In this document: piece after piece, positions 1 to 16,699 of the stretch
How positions within the stretch are numbered: position 1 is the first letter of the stretch
How the letters are laid out: every line of letters starts with the position of its first letter
NCBI RefSeq assembly: GCF_009914755.1
Contig: NC_060928.1
Length of the DNA: 64,000 nt
Direction: 5' to 3' (one strand)
Source: the human T2T-CHM13v2.0 reference genome, Homo sapiens
Translations under genes and position numbers: made by a program
The notes under the pieces: generated by a model
Seen by the model: the letters and a program-made list of their open reading frames with translations, nothing else
What the model was told of the DNA's origin: nothing
The model's database searches: none

Positions 1-11
1 TCTGAGGACTC

Positions 12-371
12 TTCTTTGGTCTGAATGTGTTGGAAACTTATTTGCCAGTGAAACAGTTTTGAGACATGAAACCTTTAAGAGGGCAGAGCCCTCATAAGTG
101 GACTAACACCATTATCGTGGAAGTGGGTTCATTATTAAGAGAGTAGGCTTGTTATAAAAGCAAGTTCAGCCCCCTCTTGCTCTTGCTCTTGACCTCTTTT
201 GCCGTTCCACTTTCTGTCATGACATAATGCAGCATGAAGGCCCTTGTCAGATGTCGGCATCATGCTCTTGGACTTCCAGCCTCCAGAACCATGAACCACA
301 TAAACTTCTGTTCATCATAAATTACCCAGTCTGTGGTACTCTGTTACAGCAGCATAAAACAGACTAACACA
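12..371 (+). mobile_element. MaLR solo LTR (MST/MLT1A-like)
   Basis: Typical MaLR LTR 3' part: ggacttccagcctccagaaccatga...ataaattacccagtctgtggtactctgttacagcagcataaaacagactaacaca. Confidence 0.8.
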
Positions 372-753
372 GACCCATCATCTCCTGACACAGATATAAA
401 GTGAATCCCTAGCAGGCATCTTTGTCCCTCAGAAAAGTCCTGGAGGCCAAGTAGTGGAACAGCAGCATACCAATATCTTTCCCACAAAAAACCTTTCTAA
501 TTTCGTGTCCAATATTTCTAAAAGAATGGAGGCAAGTGGTCTTCCGAGGGTCCCCAAATTATTCCCAGCCGCCTCCTTGGCAAGGTCTGCTTTGATGGAT
601 TCACAGATTGTTCTGCAATATGAGTAGCATTGACAGTTACTATCTTTGGGCCTCAGTCAAAACAGAGACAGAGAATACCCATTTAACAGGCACTCCAACT
701 TAGGTATCCACAGAACGTATAGTTTTGTTATTCTCTATCATGGGCCTGCTCTT

Positions 754-1226
<473 letters not shown>

Positions 1227-1348
1227 CTCACTCTCCTTTACTTCTCCAGGTTGGTGGCTGTGTCTATGAGGAGTACCCTTTCTATGTCTGCAGGAGGAGA
1301 GTGGGTCCTTGCATCCACACAGCAGCCTGGAGTGTCACTCTGGACACT

Positions 1349-1540
1349 CTCTTGCCTCAGCCTCCCGAGAAGCTGGGACTACAGGCATGTGCCACCACAC
1401 CCAGCTAATTTTTGTATTTTTAGTAGAGACGGGGTTTCACTATGTTGGCCAGGATGGTCTTGATCTCTTGACCTCGTGATCTGCCTGCCTCGGCCTCCCA
1501 AAGTGCTGGGATTACAGGCGTGAGCCACTGTGCCTGGCTG
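1349..1540 (-). mobile_element. Partial Alu (AluS-type)
   Basis: cctcagcctcccga...gtgagccactgtgcctggc; tail end missing. Confidence 0.9.
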
Positions 1541-2065
1541 ATAGTTTCTTATACTGTGAAGAAGCTCTTTAGTTCAATTAGATCCCATTTGTTAATTTGT
1601 GCTTTGTTGCAATTGCTTTTTGTGTTTTTGTTATGAAATCTTTGCCACTTCCTATGTCCAGAATGGTATTTCCTAGGTTATTTTCCAGGGTTTTTATAGT
1701 TTTGGGTTTTATATTTAAGGCGTTAATCCATTTTGAGTTGATTTTTGTGTATGCTGTAAAGAAGGAATCCAGTTTCAGTCTTCTACATGTGGCTAGCCAG
1801 TTATCCTAGCACCATTTATTGAAATAAGAAGTCTTTTCTCCATTGCTTGTTTCTGTCATATTTGTCAAAGGTCAGATGATTTAGATGTCTGGTCTTATTT
1901 CTGGATTATCTATTTGGTTCTGTTGGTCTATGTGTCTGTTTTTGTACCAGTATCATGCTGTTTTAGTTACTGTAGCCTTGTAGTATAGTTTGAAGTCCGG
2001 TAATGTGATGCCTCCAGCTTTGTTATTTTTGCTTAGGATTGCCTTGGCTATTTGGGCTCTTTTTA
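1541..2065 (-). mobile_element. L1PA/L1PB ORF2 fragment
   Basis: gaagctctttagttcaattagatcccatttg...gtaatgtgatgcctccagctttg...gcttaggattgccttggctatt. Confidence 0.85.
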
Positions 2066-2960
2066 AATTGTGTAGTTAAGTAATGTTAAGCATATTCACC
2101 TGAATAATCTTGCCAAAGTAAAACTTTATAATCATTGAACAACAATTCCCACTTTTCAACTCTCCCCAACCCTGGTAACCACTATTCTATCTTGTGTTTC
2201 AATAAATTTTGCTACTTTAAATACCTTGTAAAAGTGGAATCATACAGTATTTGCCTTTTTGTAAGTGACTTATTTCATTTAGCCCAGAGTCTTCGAGGTT
2301 CATTTATGTTATAGCATGTGAAATAATTTCCTTTGTTTTTAAGGTAGAATAATATCACACTGTGTGCCTATACCACATTTTGTTTATCCACTCATCTGCT
2401 GATGAACGTTTAGGTTGCTTCCACCTTTTGGCTGTTGTGAATAGTACAGCTATGAACGTAGGTGTGAAAGACCTCAAGATGCTGTTTTTAATTCTTTTGG
2501 GTATATACTCAGAAGTGAGATTGCTAGATCATATATTCAATTTTTTGAAAAACCACTATAGCTTTTGAGCCAATGTTTCAACAGATAGCTGAATAAGTTA
2601 GAATTTACAGTGAACAATATTACAGTTTCTTCCAGTTTCAACTGTCTCCCTTCAGTTTAAATATGGAATCTATTTAAAATACACCCCCCATTCGATTTTA
2701 AATGATTACTTTGGAATAACTGAGTCTTTTTAGGTAAATCCTTAATACATCACTTTCCATAGCTGTTGCACCATTTTACAGTCCCCACAGTGCACAAGAG
2801 TCCCGATTTCTCGACATTCTTGTCAATAGTTGTGATTTTACTTATTTATTTTGGTAGTATTCATCTGAATGGGAGTAAGGTGGTATATCATTGCATTGCA
2901 ATTGGTTTTGATTTGCATTTCTCTGATAATTAGTCACTAATTATTATTGAGCATCTTATA
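2066..2960 (-). mobile_element. L1M 3' fragment, interrupted by a non-L1 insert at 2569-2748
   Basis: gtggaatcatacagtatttg...ccacattttgtttatccactcatctg; L1 sequence resumes at tttccatagctgttgcaccattttaca. Confidence 0.8.
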
Positions 2961-4025
2961 CTTCCGTGATGACGTGGGAATTTTTCTTCATTGTACAACA
3001 GATATCATTATAGTGGCGTAGTTCTACACTCTACACAATTTTTTCTAACACTACACAAAAGCAAACACTAAATCTAACTTCCAATTGTCAGGATTACTGG
3101 TCTACTCCTCTACCCACCCATAGGCTGATTATAAATCTTTGAAATTAATTACATCTAAAATTTTTCTTTCCTGTCAAGTCACTGTTGACGAGGTTCCTCT
3201 GCTCACATTGGCAGTCTCTTTCTTTCTCATGATTCTTCAAGTCGTCATTTTGTTAGAGGCCAAGCTTTCACTCATGGACTGAAGTTATATTGTGTGCTTT
3301 TTGCCTGAGTGTTTAATCCCTTAATTTACAAGCGGATGTAGGAGTGCATACCCAGGAGGTGAGGGCAAAGACTCCCGTTGAGTCTTTGGAATCTCAAATC
3401 TGTTACCGTTTTGGCTTGGGACAACAAACATCCTGTCAGTCTCAATTGCTGTATAATTGAAAAGAGAATGATAACAGTTGTCCTACATACATCATAACTC
3501 TCTTTGAATCAATGATAATTAATCCATGTGAAAAGCTTTCAAAAACTTGTAAAAATCCCTCATAATTATATGGTGTTTTACAATTTACAAAGAACTTTCA
3601 CATGCAGATTTCTCACGTGATTTTTATGTTTTGAGGGCAGAGTGAGAAATTATAAAGTATCTGTGTATATGCCAATAACGATGCCTAATATCCCCCACTT
3701 TACATATTTAAAAGACCTTTACAATTATGGCTTTTCCTAGTTTTCACAGCACATTAAAAAAGCCAATACCACTACACAGGTGTGTAGTTTCTGGTCTTGT
3801 GCACTGACCATTTCCTACACCATCTTTTTGTATGCTCTCTAGCTTCCGTAGTTGTTACTCGAGTAGAAGAGTACTGAAAGGCCACGTAGAATATACAGCT
3901 TGGTTTCATCCCACTGATAAAAATCTACTTTTAACATACATGTTAAAATAATCAAGCCTGACTAAATTATTTTTGTATTTTTTCCATTTTACCTGTTATC
4001 AACTTTTTAATTAAGCAATGGGGCC

Positions 4026-4488
4026 ATGGTAGGCAGGGTATTCCCTAGAACTTGTGAATATGTTACCCTACATGACAGAAGGACTTTCAGATGTAATTAA
4101 ACTTAATGACGTTGAGTTAGGGAGAGGGTCCTGCCCAGTGGAATCACAAGGGTCCTTAAAGGTATAAGAAGGAGTCAGAGGACAGAGTCAGAAGGAGACG
4201 TGCTGATGTGAGAATGGTCAGAGAGATACAACCTTCCTGTCTTTGAAGATGGAGGAAAGGGGCCTTGAGCCAAGGATTGTTGTTGGCATTTAGAAACTGG
4301 AAAATGCAAGAAAATCAAGTCTCCCTAAAGCCCCTAGAAGGGAACACAGTCCAACTAATTCATTTATTTTAGCCCAGGAGATCCTTGTTGGGCTTCCGAC
4401 TTACAGTACTGGAAGATAATACATTCCTGGTGGTTTGTGTCACAAGGTCTGTAGTACTTTGTTCCAGTATCAGTAGAAAACCGGTAGA
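4026..4488 (+). mobile_element. MLT1D-like MaLR solo LTR
   Basis: gtgaatatgttaccctacatg...ctttgaagatggaggaaagggg...gagccaagga...ttttagcccag. Confidence 0.8.
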
Positions 4489-4650
4489 AGGGGAATTCAC
4501 GTAAATATCATTACACACAGAAATAATTACTTATTATTCTTTTGTTCTCAAATCCTACCTTGTAAACAAAATGAATTTTTGTTTTTCGGGGCTTTTGTAC
4601 TAATTCTTATGAATCCACTGATATTTTGTTTTTTCTGTTGTCTCCCTCAG

Positions 4651-4738
4651 GAACCCGAAAGGAAGAAGCCTATACGACTGGGGACACATGTCTTAGAAGC
4701 ACACTCATTAGATAAAGTGTCGCATACTCTTTGATAAG
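4651..4738 (+). other. Candidate spliced exon (88 nt; terminal coding or non-coding)
   Basis: Branch-like tactaat (4598), long pyrimidine tract ttttgttttttctgttgtctccctcag|G, donor AAG|gtaagg; phase-0 reading EPERKKPIRLGTHVLEAHSLDKVSHTL then TGA TAA. Confidence 0.55.
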
Positions 4739-5689
4739 GTAAGGCTCCCTGGACGAGATGTTTTACAGGTACCATGAGCTCAGTGAATTGCTTTTGGAAA
4801 GACACTCAGCGGAGTGGGCACCACGAGGTTAGGAGAAGCAGCTTCTGCTCGTCATAACTTTGGCAAATGTTTACACATCAGTAATGAAAAATATTCTCTT
4901 GGCGATTTCAGGCTTGTTACTATGGATGTTGTTTGCTAACATTGACTATTTTTCCTAACTGCTTATAGAAACTCCAGGCTGTCACCCATCTGTTCTCTCA
5001 TCAAAGTAGTTTTGGGCCAGCAACTATTTCAGACATTTCTACAGTTTCAGATGTCTCACTCTGCCTATGACTGTATGTTGTACTTGAGGACTGGACGCAC
5101 AGGGTAAAGTGCAAATAGCAAGCATTCAGGTCCAACTCTCCTCCTTCTGGTTAACAATATGAAAGAAAGAGGTAGTATCGGAATTATTTTAGTTCAATGT
5201 AGCCATTATAAAATGTGTATATATTTTAAAACATCATGTGGTACATGATAAATATATACAACTTTTATTTTTCAATAAAAAATTATAAAAAAAGTCATCA
5301 AACCTGATTTCTCATACTACTTTTTTGGTAACACTCATCACACCAAAGACTTATTATTTTAAAATGTTATTTTTCATAATTAATTTCTTATTAATTTTAT
5401 AGGCTAGATTTTAATTGTTATGTCTAAATAGTAGTGTCTGGTACGTGGTAGATAATCAATGTGACTTGAATAAATGAATAAGTCTGTTAACGACATACTT
5501 CTCATCACTGTAACTTATTTTTGGTTTAGGACTGATAAAACATTTTTTCTCTCACCCCATATTGCTAAAGATCAAATCCTTCTTCTTTAAGATGCTACCA
5601 TACCATTGTTCCATTCATCAACGCCAAATCATTCCTCGGGCCTGAGAGGAGCTGCCATCCTTCACTTCGTCTTTGGGTCACTTCCAACC

Positions 5690-6520
5690 TCTGTTCTCTG
5701 TGTGTCTCTTCTGGACTTCCTGGGAGAATAGCCTCTCTCATGATACTCACTTTCTTCCACATCTTCAATCTCTGCTTCATTGATAGATTATGCTACTCAA
5801 TATAGAAACAACATCTTTTTTATTTTTTAATGATAAACATTCTCCCCCTCAATCTTTTAACCTACTAATGCAGGCAATCTAATCTAAAGAATAGCCTGCA
5901 ATGCCTCCTTTCATCATTTCCCATTTAATCCAGCTTTCTGGCTGAGTAATTTTGCAGAAAGCCCTTTCTCCCATGTCACAGATGGAACTTTGCAGTGGCC
6001 TATTCTGATAAACATGTGGCAGTTTACATGCTATTTGCATTTGAAGCTGTTTATCACTCCCTCCTTCTGAGTACTTTCTTCTTGGTGGGCTTTTATGATA
6101 GTAATTGCTATCCTACTGCTGAGTTTCTGACCACTGCTTGTCAGACACTTTATTATGCTCCCTTTCCTTTGCCCATACTTGCAAAGTTAGATTTCCACAT
6201 ATGCCTTTCCCGTCTTCTTATTCCATGAGATTTATCTAAGTGATTTCATCCATTGCTATGGGTTCAACTGCTGCTAATATGTTCTTTACTCCCAACTCTC
6301 TTTCTACAGCTTCACATATTTAACTGCCTTTTAGGGAATCACCAAAAGGCAATTCCATCTTAACATACACAAAACTGAACTTATGATCCTTAAGTATGAG
6401 GCCAGTTCTTTCTTATGCATTTTCTAAATCAGTGAGTGATACTATCTCTTGTCCTGTTGTCCTGGGCAGAATTGCAGGAGGTGACTGCTTTCTCTACCCT
6501 CCCTATAAAAATTACCATCT
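5690..6520 (+). mobile_element. Degraded L2 fragment
   Basis: L2-like motifs gcatttgaagctgtttatcactccctccttctga, catccattgctatgggttcaactg, aaaactgaactta. Confidence 0.55.
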
Positions 6521-9052
6521 CTCGTTTACCAACCTCCCAATACCCCAATCATTAGTATCTTTTTAAGAAATGATTTTCTGTTGTTTAACATTTTTTATAT
6601 GCTATTACCTATATGGTTTTCCTCCTGAAATGGGATATTGGGTAAGAGGGTACCAGATGGAGGTCACATAGACCTACAGTTTATTCAAAGGGGACATCTA
6701 TGGAGCAAAGGCAAAATGGAGAACCCAGTGCAGCCAAACAGCTACTCAAAGGTCTGAGCGGAGATACAGAAATGACACAGGAGATAACAGAAAGAGAGAG
6801 ACATATCAAGTGGGTTTTGAGTGTAGGCAAAACCACATTTACCCGTAGCTCTGGAGAACCCACTGGCACTGTTTTGAGACTGTTGCAGCCTGCAAGGGAG
6901 GGCGGACACTGAGTTCAGACACACACACCCTCCGACCAGCTCCCAAATGTCTGCTGACGTTTACAACTTTGCTTCCTGCTTTCCTACCTGGTCTTAGCCT
7001 TTTGATACACACCCTCCCACTGCTATCAGAGTAAGATTTGAGCTAAGTACATAATCTGGCCCTGCCAGATTATGACATTAGTTGGAGAATAGATAGGTCA
7101 ATGGGACCTGAGATACATTTTAGAAAAATATTAATATGTATGCCTTATGTATAGTGTGCAGCTGGCATTTTAAACACGTGGAAAATGATGAAAAATTTAA
7201 TAAACCATGAGAGGAAATTGGATAAATATTTCCGATACACACACACATCAGATTCCCTTTTTTATGTCACATGCAAAACTAAAATAATATTTGAATGGCT
7301 TAATCAGTGAAATATTTTTCTAAATTAACTAACATACCGGAAAATATTTGACTTATCTCAAACCAAATATGTATTTTTATTGTATAGGGTTTTTTCTTTT
7401 TTAAAAAATTTCAGCTTTCAATTTAGATATAGGAGGTACATGGGCAGATTTGTTACAATGGACTATTGCATGATGCTGTGGTTTGAAGTACGTTTCCCAT
7501 CACCCTGGTAGTGAGCATAGTTCCTGATAGGTAGTCTTTTTTAACCTAACCTCCCTCCCTCCCTCCCTCCACCGTCTAGTAGTCCACAGTGTCTATTGTG
7601 TCTCATATTTATGTCCATACATGCTCAATGCTTAGCTTCCATTTATAAGTGAGAATATGTGGTATTTGGTTTTCTGTTTCTGCATTCATTTGCTTAGATC
7701 GCCCCAGCTCCATCTATGTTGCTGCAAAGAATGTGATTTTATTCTTTTTTATGGCGTATAGTATTTCATGGTGTTTATGTACCACATTTTCTTTGTCCAA
7801 TTTCCTACTGATGGTCGCCTGTGTGGATTCCATGTCTTTGCTATTGTGAATAGTGATGCAGTGGACATCTGAGTGTAAATGTGTTTTTGGCAGAATGATT
7901 TATTTTCTTTTGAGTGTATACCCAGTAATGGGATTGCTGAGTCAAATGGTAGCTTTGTTTTAAGTTTTGAGAAATCTCCAGACTGCTTCCTCAGTGGATT
8001 GGTCTAATTTACATTCCCACTAACAGCGTATAAGCTTTCCCTTTTCTCTGCAATGTTGCCAGCATCTGTTTTTTTGACTTTTTATAATAGCCATTCTGAC
8101 TGGTATGAGATGGTATCTCATTGTGGTTTTGATTTGGATTTCTCTGATGATTAGCGATGCTGAGCGTTTTTTCACACATTTGATGTATGTCTTCTTTGAG
8201 AAATGTCTGTTCATGTCTTTGCCCATCTTTTAATGGGGTTAATTGGGTTTTGTTTGTTCAACTGTTTAAGTTCCCTATAGATTCTGGATATTAGGCCTTT
8301 GTCAGGTGCATACTTTGCGAATATCTCCTCCCATTCCCTAGACTGCCTGTTTACTGTGCTGATTTTTACTCTCTGTTTATTTTGCTATGTAAAAGTTCTG
8401 GAGTTTAATTAGGTCCCACTTGTCCCGTTTTTGTTTTTGTTGCAAGTGCTTTTGGGGACTTAGCTAAAAATTATTTGCCAAGGCTGATGTCCAGAAGAAT
8501 GTTTCCTAGGTTGCCTTCCAGAATTTTTATAGTTTGAGGTCTTACATTTAAATCTTTAATGTATTTTCAGTTAATTTTTGTATGAGGTGAAACGGAGGGG
8601 TCCAGTTTCATTCTGCTACATATGGCTAGCCAGTTATCCCAGCTGTGTTTATTGAATAGGGAGTTCTTTCCCATTGCTTGTTTTTGTTGGCCTTGTCAAA
8701 GATCAGATGGTTGTTGGTATGTAGCTTTATTTGTTTGTTTTCTATTCTTTTGCATTGGTCTATGTGTCTGTTTCTGTAACAGCACCATGCTGTTTTGGTT
8801 ACTGTGGCTTTATAGTATAGTATGAGGTTGGAAAGAGTGATGCCTCTGGCATTGTTCTTTTTGCTTAGGCTTTCTTTGGCTGTTCAGGCTCTTTTTGGTT
8901 CAATACAAATTTTAGAGTAATTTTCTAATTTTAGTAAATTTTCTAAAGTAAATGTTCTAATCCTGTGAAGAATGACGTTGGTAATTTGATAGGTATAGCA
9001 TTGAATCTGTAAAGTGCTTTGAGCAATACGGCCATTTTTACAATAGTGGTTT

Positions 9053-9846
<794 letters not shown>

Positions 9847-10224
9847 GTTTTTCCAATCCTTGAGCATGGGATATTTTTCCATTTATTTGTGTCGTCTCAT
9901 CTCTTATTTCTTTCAGCAGTGTTTTGTGCTTCTCGTAGAGATCGTTCATCTCCTTGGTTAGCTGTATGCCTATAGGTATTTTATTTTCTTTGTGGCTATT
10001 GTAAGTGGGACTGTGTTCTTGATTTCACCCTCAGCCTGGATGCTGTTGGTGAAATATGTATTTTTAAAAAAGAAAAGCAAAAAAAAAAATAGATAGACTT
10101 GACTAAACAAACATTATTATAAACAAGAATGAGTGTCAATATTCTTTTCCATAAGGTACTCTTACAAATCAGTGTAAAGAATTATAATTTCTCTATTTAA
10201 AAAAGGAGATAGCATTGCCAGTTC

Positions 10225-10382
10225 ACAAATTGTATATAAGTGGCCTATGAATGCAAAAACCTCAATTGCATAAGTAATAAAAAAGTCAAAATAAAGTGAT
10301 ATTACAAATTGTATAAAAGTGGCCTATAAATGCAAAAACCTTAATTGCATAAGTAATAAAAAAGTCTAAATAAAGTGATATT
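10225..10382 (+). repeat. 79-bp tandem duplication within a degraded L1ME-like fragment
   Basis: acaaattgtata.aagtggcctat.aatgcaaaaacct.aattgcataagtaataaaaaagtc.aaataaagtgatatt starts at 10225 and 10304. Confidence 0.9.
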
Positions 10383-12790
10383 ATTTTCTACTGATACAAT
10401 TGATGGGGAGAAAAACCAAAATAAAGTGAACAGAAGAAAATGGGGAAAAAGGGAGCCTTTTAGACTGCTAGTGGGAGGGTAACTTTGTATAAACTATTAG
10501 AATACAATTTGTCAATCCGTGTTACAATCAAATTGTTCATTCACTTTGTAACAACAGTTCTATTTCTAGGAAATAATTATAGATGGCAACTATTTCTATA
10601 TAAAGCTTTTCATTACAATGTTAAATATGATAAAATTGGGGATACTCAAGTGGTCACTAATAGGAGCATGACTAAATAAACTTTGGTAGTGACAGTGAAT
10701 AGAATACCATGCATCTATTAGAAATGCCTTTTAGAAAATAAAGTCAATGGCATGGGGATACAGACATAATTTGTAAAGCAGTATAACTCAAATTTGTAGA
10801 AAGAAATTACAGGACAAAGACTGGTACTGATTCAAAATGGTGCCTGGCTACGACGGGCCTTTGTCCCCAGAATTAAGCCTGGAGAATTGTCCTCGAAGTA
10901 AAGCAGGTGCTCTACGTGTAGAAAGCTCCTGGTGCGGATGCTGGACTCTGAGAGAAGGCTGAGCACAGCCTTGGGTAATGCAGAACTTCCTCAAAAGGCA
11001 AGGAGGCAAAAATAAAACAAGTGAAGAGCAACTCTCTTAGAAGAGGAAATGCACTCAAGCCCTTGGGCCACAGAGAAAAGTGCTCCTGAAACTGGAAACT
11101 CTATGGTCTCCCAGCCTCCAGCCTGCCTGCTCTTCAGTCAGTCACCCTACAGGTGACACCCCCTGCATTCCCCACTCTCATTTTCAGAGAGCTGCTGCCG
11201 GGACCCTCATTCTGGGAATGGACTATGAGGAAGGAGACCTACATAGTTGTCAAGGAAACCTATGCCAGTTACATATGCCATACATTTTAATCGCTTAGTT
11301 ATCAATGTGACAGGTAGGGAGAAAACACCAAATGCTTGAGGAAAACCAGGGGTATGAAAGAGAAGCATTAAGATTACTTTTTAATGGAAATGTATATATT
11401 CACCTAGGCTATTCTTCCTTACCCAAGTTGAAACTGAATAGTATGACCTAAACGTACATTTCGTGTGCTGGGAAGAAAAAGCAACTGATAACCCCCTTTC
11501 CCGTAGGTTTCCTGTCATTAATTTGCTCACCAGTGCAACCCCATTCAGGCCCCCAAGCTAGTGCCATCTTGTGTGCACAAGGCTGGGGCAATTGGATTCA
11601 TAAGAAGTTTTGTCCATGAGGAATTTTCAGTCTAATGCCAAGTAATTGACAATGAAAATGTTTCCTGGTTTCCATCCAAATATTTATTAATACAGCAAAA
11701 ATGTAGGATTTGTAGGATTTATGTATCTTCCAACTATCTCCACTACTGCAGGACACAGACACCATCTATAAATCTCACATTGTAACCACTAACACTTATC
11801 TTTGTTATTGTCACCTGGAATCTTTTATGCCAAAATAAGAGTCTTAAAAGAATGAAGCCCTGCAATTTCACTGTCCAACAACAGAGGTTTTACCTGATAA
11901 ATCGTCTTCTCGTCTGACAGAGTGGGCCACAGAAACATCTCTGACAGCTGTTGCATGATGGAGTGGGAGCAAGGTCACTTCCTGCAAATGTTAGGGTTCT
12001 TCAGAATCCTTCAGGCGTTGGAGGAATAATTGAACTCAACAGGCAATCAGTCACGTCTGAAACATGTGAAATATACCTAAGGACCCGAGGTCAGGGTTGA
12101 GTGTCCAAATTCAACCAGTTATTCACACGGTCTGAAAATGAAAATGTTTCATTTCAGAGAAGTTTATATGGAGTCCTTGACAGAATGTTGAATATGAAAT
12201 AGATTTTTTTTCTGTCTTCCTTTGAAAATCTTTGTGGATAAAGCTTAACATGGTGCATTAGAATCTTAGGAGTAAAATATCCCTCACAAAATTTGATATC
12301 TTATCTGATTAGTTAATACAGACATATTACATTTTTCAACTAATTTTTTTTCTTAAGAAGAATTCTTTCAGAAACGGAGAAGCATGTAGTAACATACTGA
12401 TTTTAAGGAACCTATGCTAACAATTTTAAGTAGTAAAACTTAAAACTAAACTTAAGAAGTAATAAAAAGGTGATAATAGGATAATTACTATTTGGCATCC
12501 TACTAAGATATTTAGTTGGCAATTTAATTTTAAATTACCTGGTTTTCTCTGATATTCACATATTATTAAATGCAATTTCATTTAAGCTGCTCTACTAAGT
12601 GTTAGGGAAATATGAAAATTGAAAGTGTGACCTTGTTGTCCAGTAAAGTAATTTTATCGAATTTGGTAGACTCTTAATTGTCCCTAAGTATTCATTTTCC
12701 CTTTCTTTTTTTTTTTTTATTGTAGCTTTTCTTTTGAAATATGCGTTGCCTCCCAGACATTGCAAAATGGTATAGTGAGTTCTGGTGTAT

Positions 12791-12791
<1 letters not shown>

Positions 12792-12821
<30 letters not shown>

Positions 12822-13103
12822 GGAGAGACGGACTTGTTCTGTCTCTCAGGCTGGAGGGCAGTGGTGTGATCATGGCTCACTGTTGCCTCGACCTCCCAGG
12901 AACAAGCGATCCTCTTGCCTCAACCTCCTGAGTAGCTAGAACTACAATCACCCCTCACCATGCCCAGCTAATTTTTAAATTTTTTGTAGAGATGAGGTCC
13001 GCTATGTTGCCCAGGCTGATTTAGAACTCCTGGCCTCAAGGGATCCTCCTGCTTTGGTTTCCCAAAGCGCTGGGATTCAGGCATGAGCCACTGTGCCCAG
13101 ACT
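12792..13103 (-). mobile_element. AluJ
   Basis: Antisense Alu with J-type features (gatcatggctcactg, tttttaaattttttgtagag); TSD ttctggYgtattct. Confidence 0.9.
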
Positions 13104-13254
13104 TAATTCTGGCGTATTCTTAAGCCAGTGTCCCCTAATGAAAATATCTTCCAGGACCTCAGTGCATGGTCCAAATGAGGAAGCTGTTAAGAGGTACAAT
13201 ACTATTAACACATGTACATACAGATTTCAACAGCATTTAAGTTCAGTTTTTTCT

Positions 13255-14930
<1,676 letters not shown>

Positions 14931-15515
14931 TCTGCCCAAGCCACACTGTGAGGCTGTCTTCCCAAGCTCCTCCCTTTCCAGGATCTCCCCGGCCACAGCT
15001 TCTCCTTTCCTCGTTTTGATCATCTAGCCAGAAAGCTGGGCTTTTAGTTACTCAGCTCTGCTGTGCACATCCTGCAACTGCGGCTGCTCCAAGCAGGAGA
15101 TACAGAGAAAAAGAAGCCAGTCTTTTCCTCACCACCTTAGAAAGAGAGGTCCCTGCCTTGAAGCTCACGCTCCCCGCACCTGCTGCCTTCACAGTCCTTA
15201 CCCTGCAGAGCGCGGCTTGAGAGAGGAGAGGGGCGAGCTTGGGATGGTGGATGGCCCTCCCAGCTCTGAGCTTTGGGGGCCAGAGCTAAAAGAGAGGCTG
15301 CTGTCTCCAAGTTGCCTTCAATCCAAGCCGGAGAATTCTGCAGACAAATAGGGCGCTTTCCTCCACTTTGGTAGTACTTCAAAATCTTGTCTTCTTCCTC
15401 AATGCGTCAACTACCACCCAGTTTTCAGAGCCCTCCAACCTCTTTTCCCTGCATTTCTTCCTGGCACTGGATCCCTAAGTACTCAGTTTAATCCATACAT
15501 TGCCCTTATCATTTC

Positions 15516-15849
15516 TTTTTTTCTTTTTCTTTTTCTTTTTTTTTTTTTTTTTTTTTGAGACAGAGTTTCACTCTGTCTCTTAAGCTGGAGTGCAATGGTG
15601 CAATCTTGGCTCACTGCAAACTCAGCCTCCCGAGTTCAAGAGGTTCTCCTGCCTCAGCCTCCCGAGTAACTGCGATTACAGGCACCTGCCACCATGCCCA
15701 GCTAACTTTTTTTTTTTTTTTGTAGTTTTATTAGAGATGGGGTTTCGCCACGTTGGCCAGGCTGGTCTCGAACTCCTGACCTTAGGTGATCCATCTGCCT
15801 CGGCCTCCCAAAGTGCTGGGATTACAGGTGTGAGCCACCATGCCCAGCC
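15516..15849 (-). mobile_element. AluS
   Basis: Full antisense Alu; TSD gcccttRYcatttc. Confidence 0.95.
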
Positions 15850-16610
15850 CGCCCTTGCCATTTCCATCATCTGTCTTTCACACTGGATCTTTTTTCAGTT
15901 GTTCCAATAAACCAAGTGGTAAAAATTTGAAAAGTGAATGTGAGTAATAGGACCAAATTTAAAAAGTTATAGAATTTTAGGGTTGGAGAGGAACGTGAAA
16001 GAGTTATAATCACCCTTTCAAGCCACCAAGCTGAGATGAAATGCCTTGCCCTAAGTCACTCTTAGCCCTCTGATCTTCCTACGATGTCATGCGACTTTCA
16101 CATAGAAACTAAAAGGACTTACCATTAATTTCTCCTCTTTCATTTACACATATGAATTTTTTTAAAAGTCTTTCTCATATCTTGACTAAGTTATACTCAC
16201 AAAACCTACCCATTTTTCTGCTGAATTTATTCTTGAACTTGAATACAGTCTCATGTGGAAACAGTAATAATACCAAAATTGCAAATAATCTTTATATCTG
16301 ACATTGCTCTTAGTTAATTCTGTTGCTAGTTTGGAAAGTTTTTTTTTTTTAAAAAAGAATGTTTAAACATCATTACGTTTAAAACATTTTAAAGCCTGAG
16401 TACGAGTTTTAAATCAGAATCACTGACTTCCCTCCCTTACACCTCATTATTACAAACCTTGATTTGAAAGCCGTATTTCCTACAAAGAGTCAAACGAGAA
16501 AAAACATACTCCTGTGTGAAAAGAAATATACCAATGTACCAAATCCTTATAGTTTCTCTTCCCCAACCTGTGACCAATGTTCACCCTTTGGTGCCAGACT
16601 CATCTGTTTT

Positions 16611-16646
16611 ACACACACACACACACACACACGCACACACACACAC
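16611..16646. repeat. (CA)n microsatellite
   Basis: acacacac...acgcacacacac. Confidence 0.95.
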
Positions 16647-16699
16647 CCCGAAAACTTGATGTAAAATGTAAATAATTCATATTAGACATAATAATAAGG

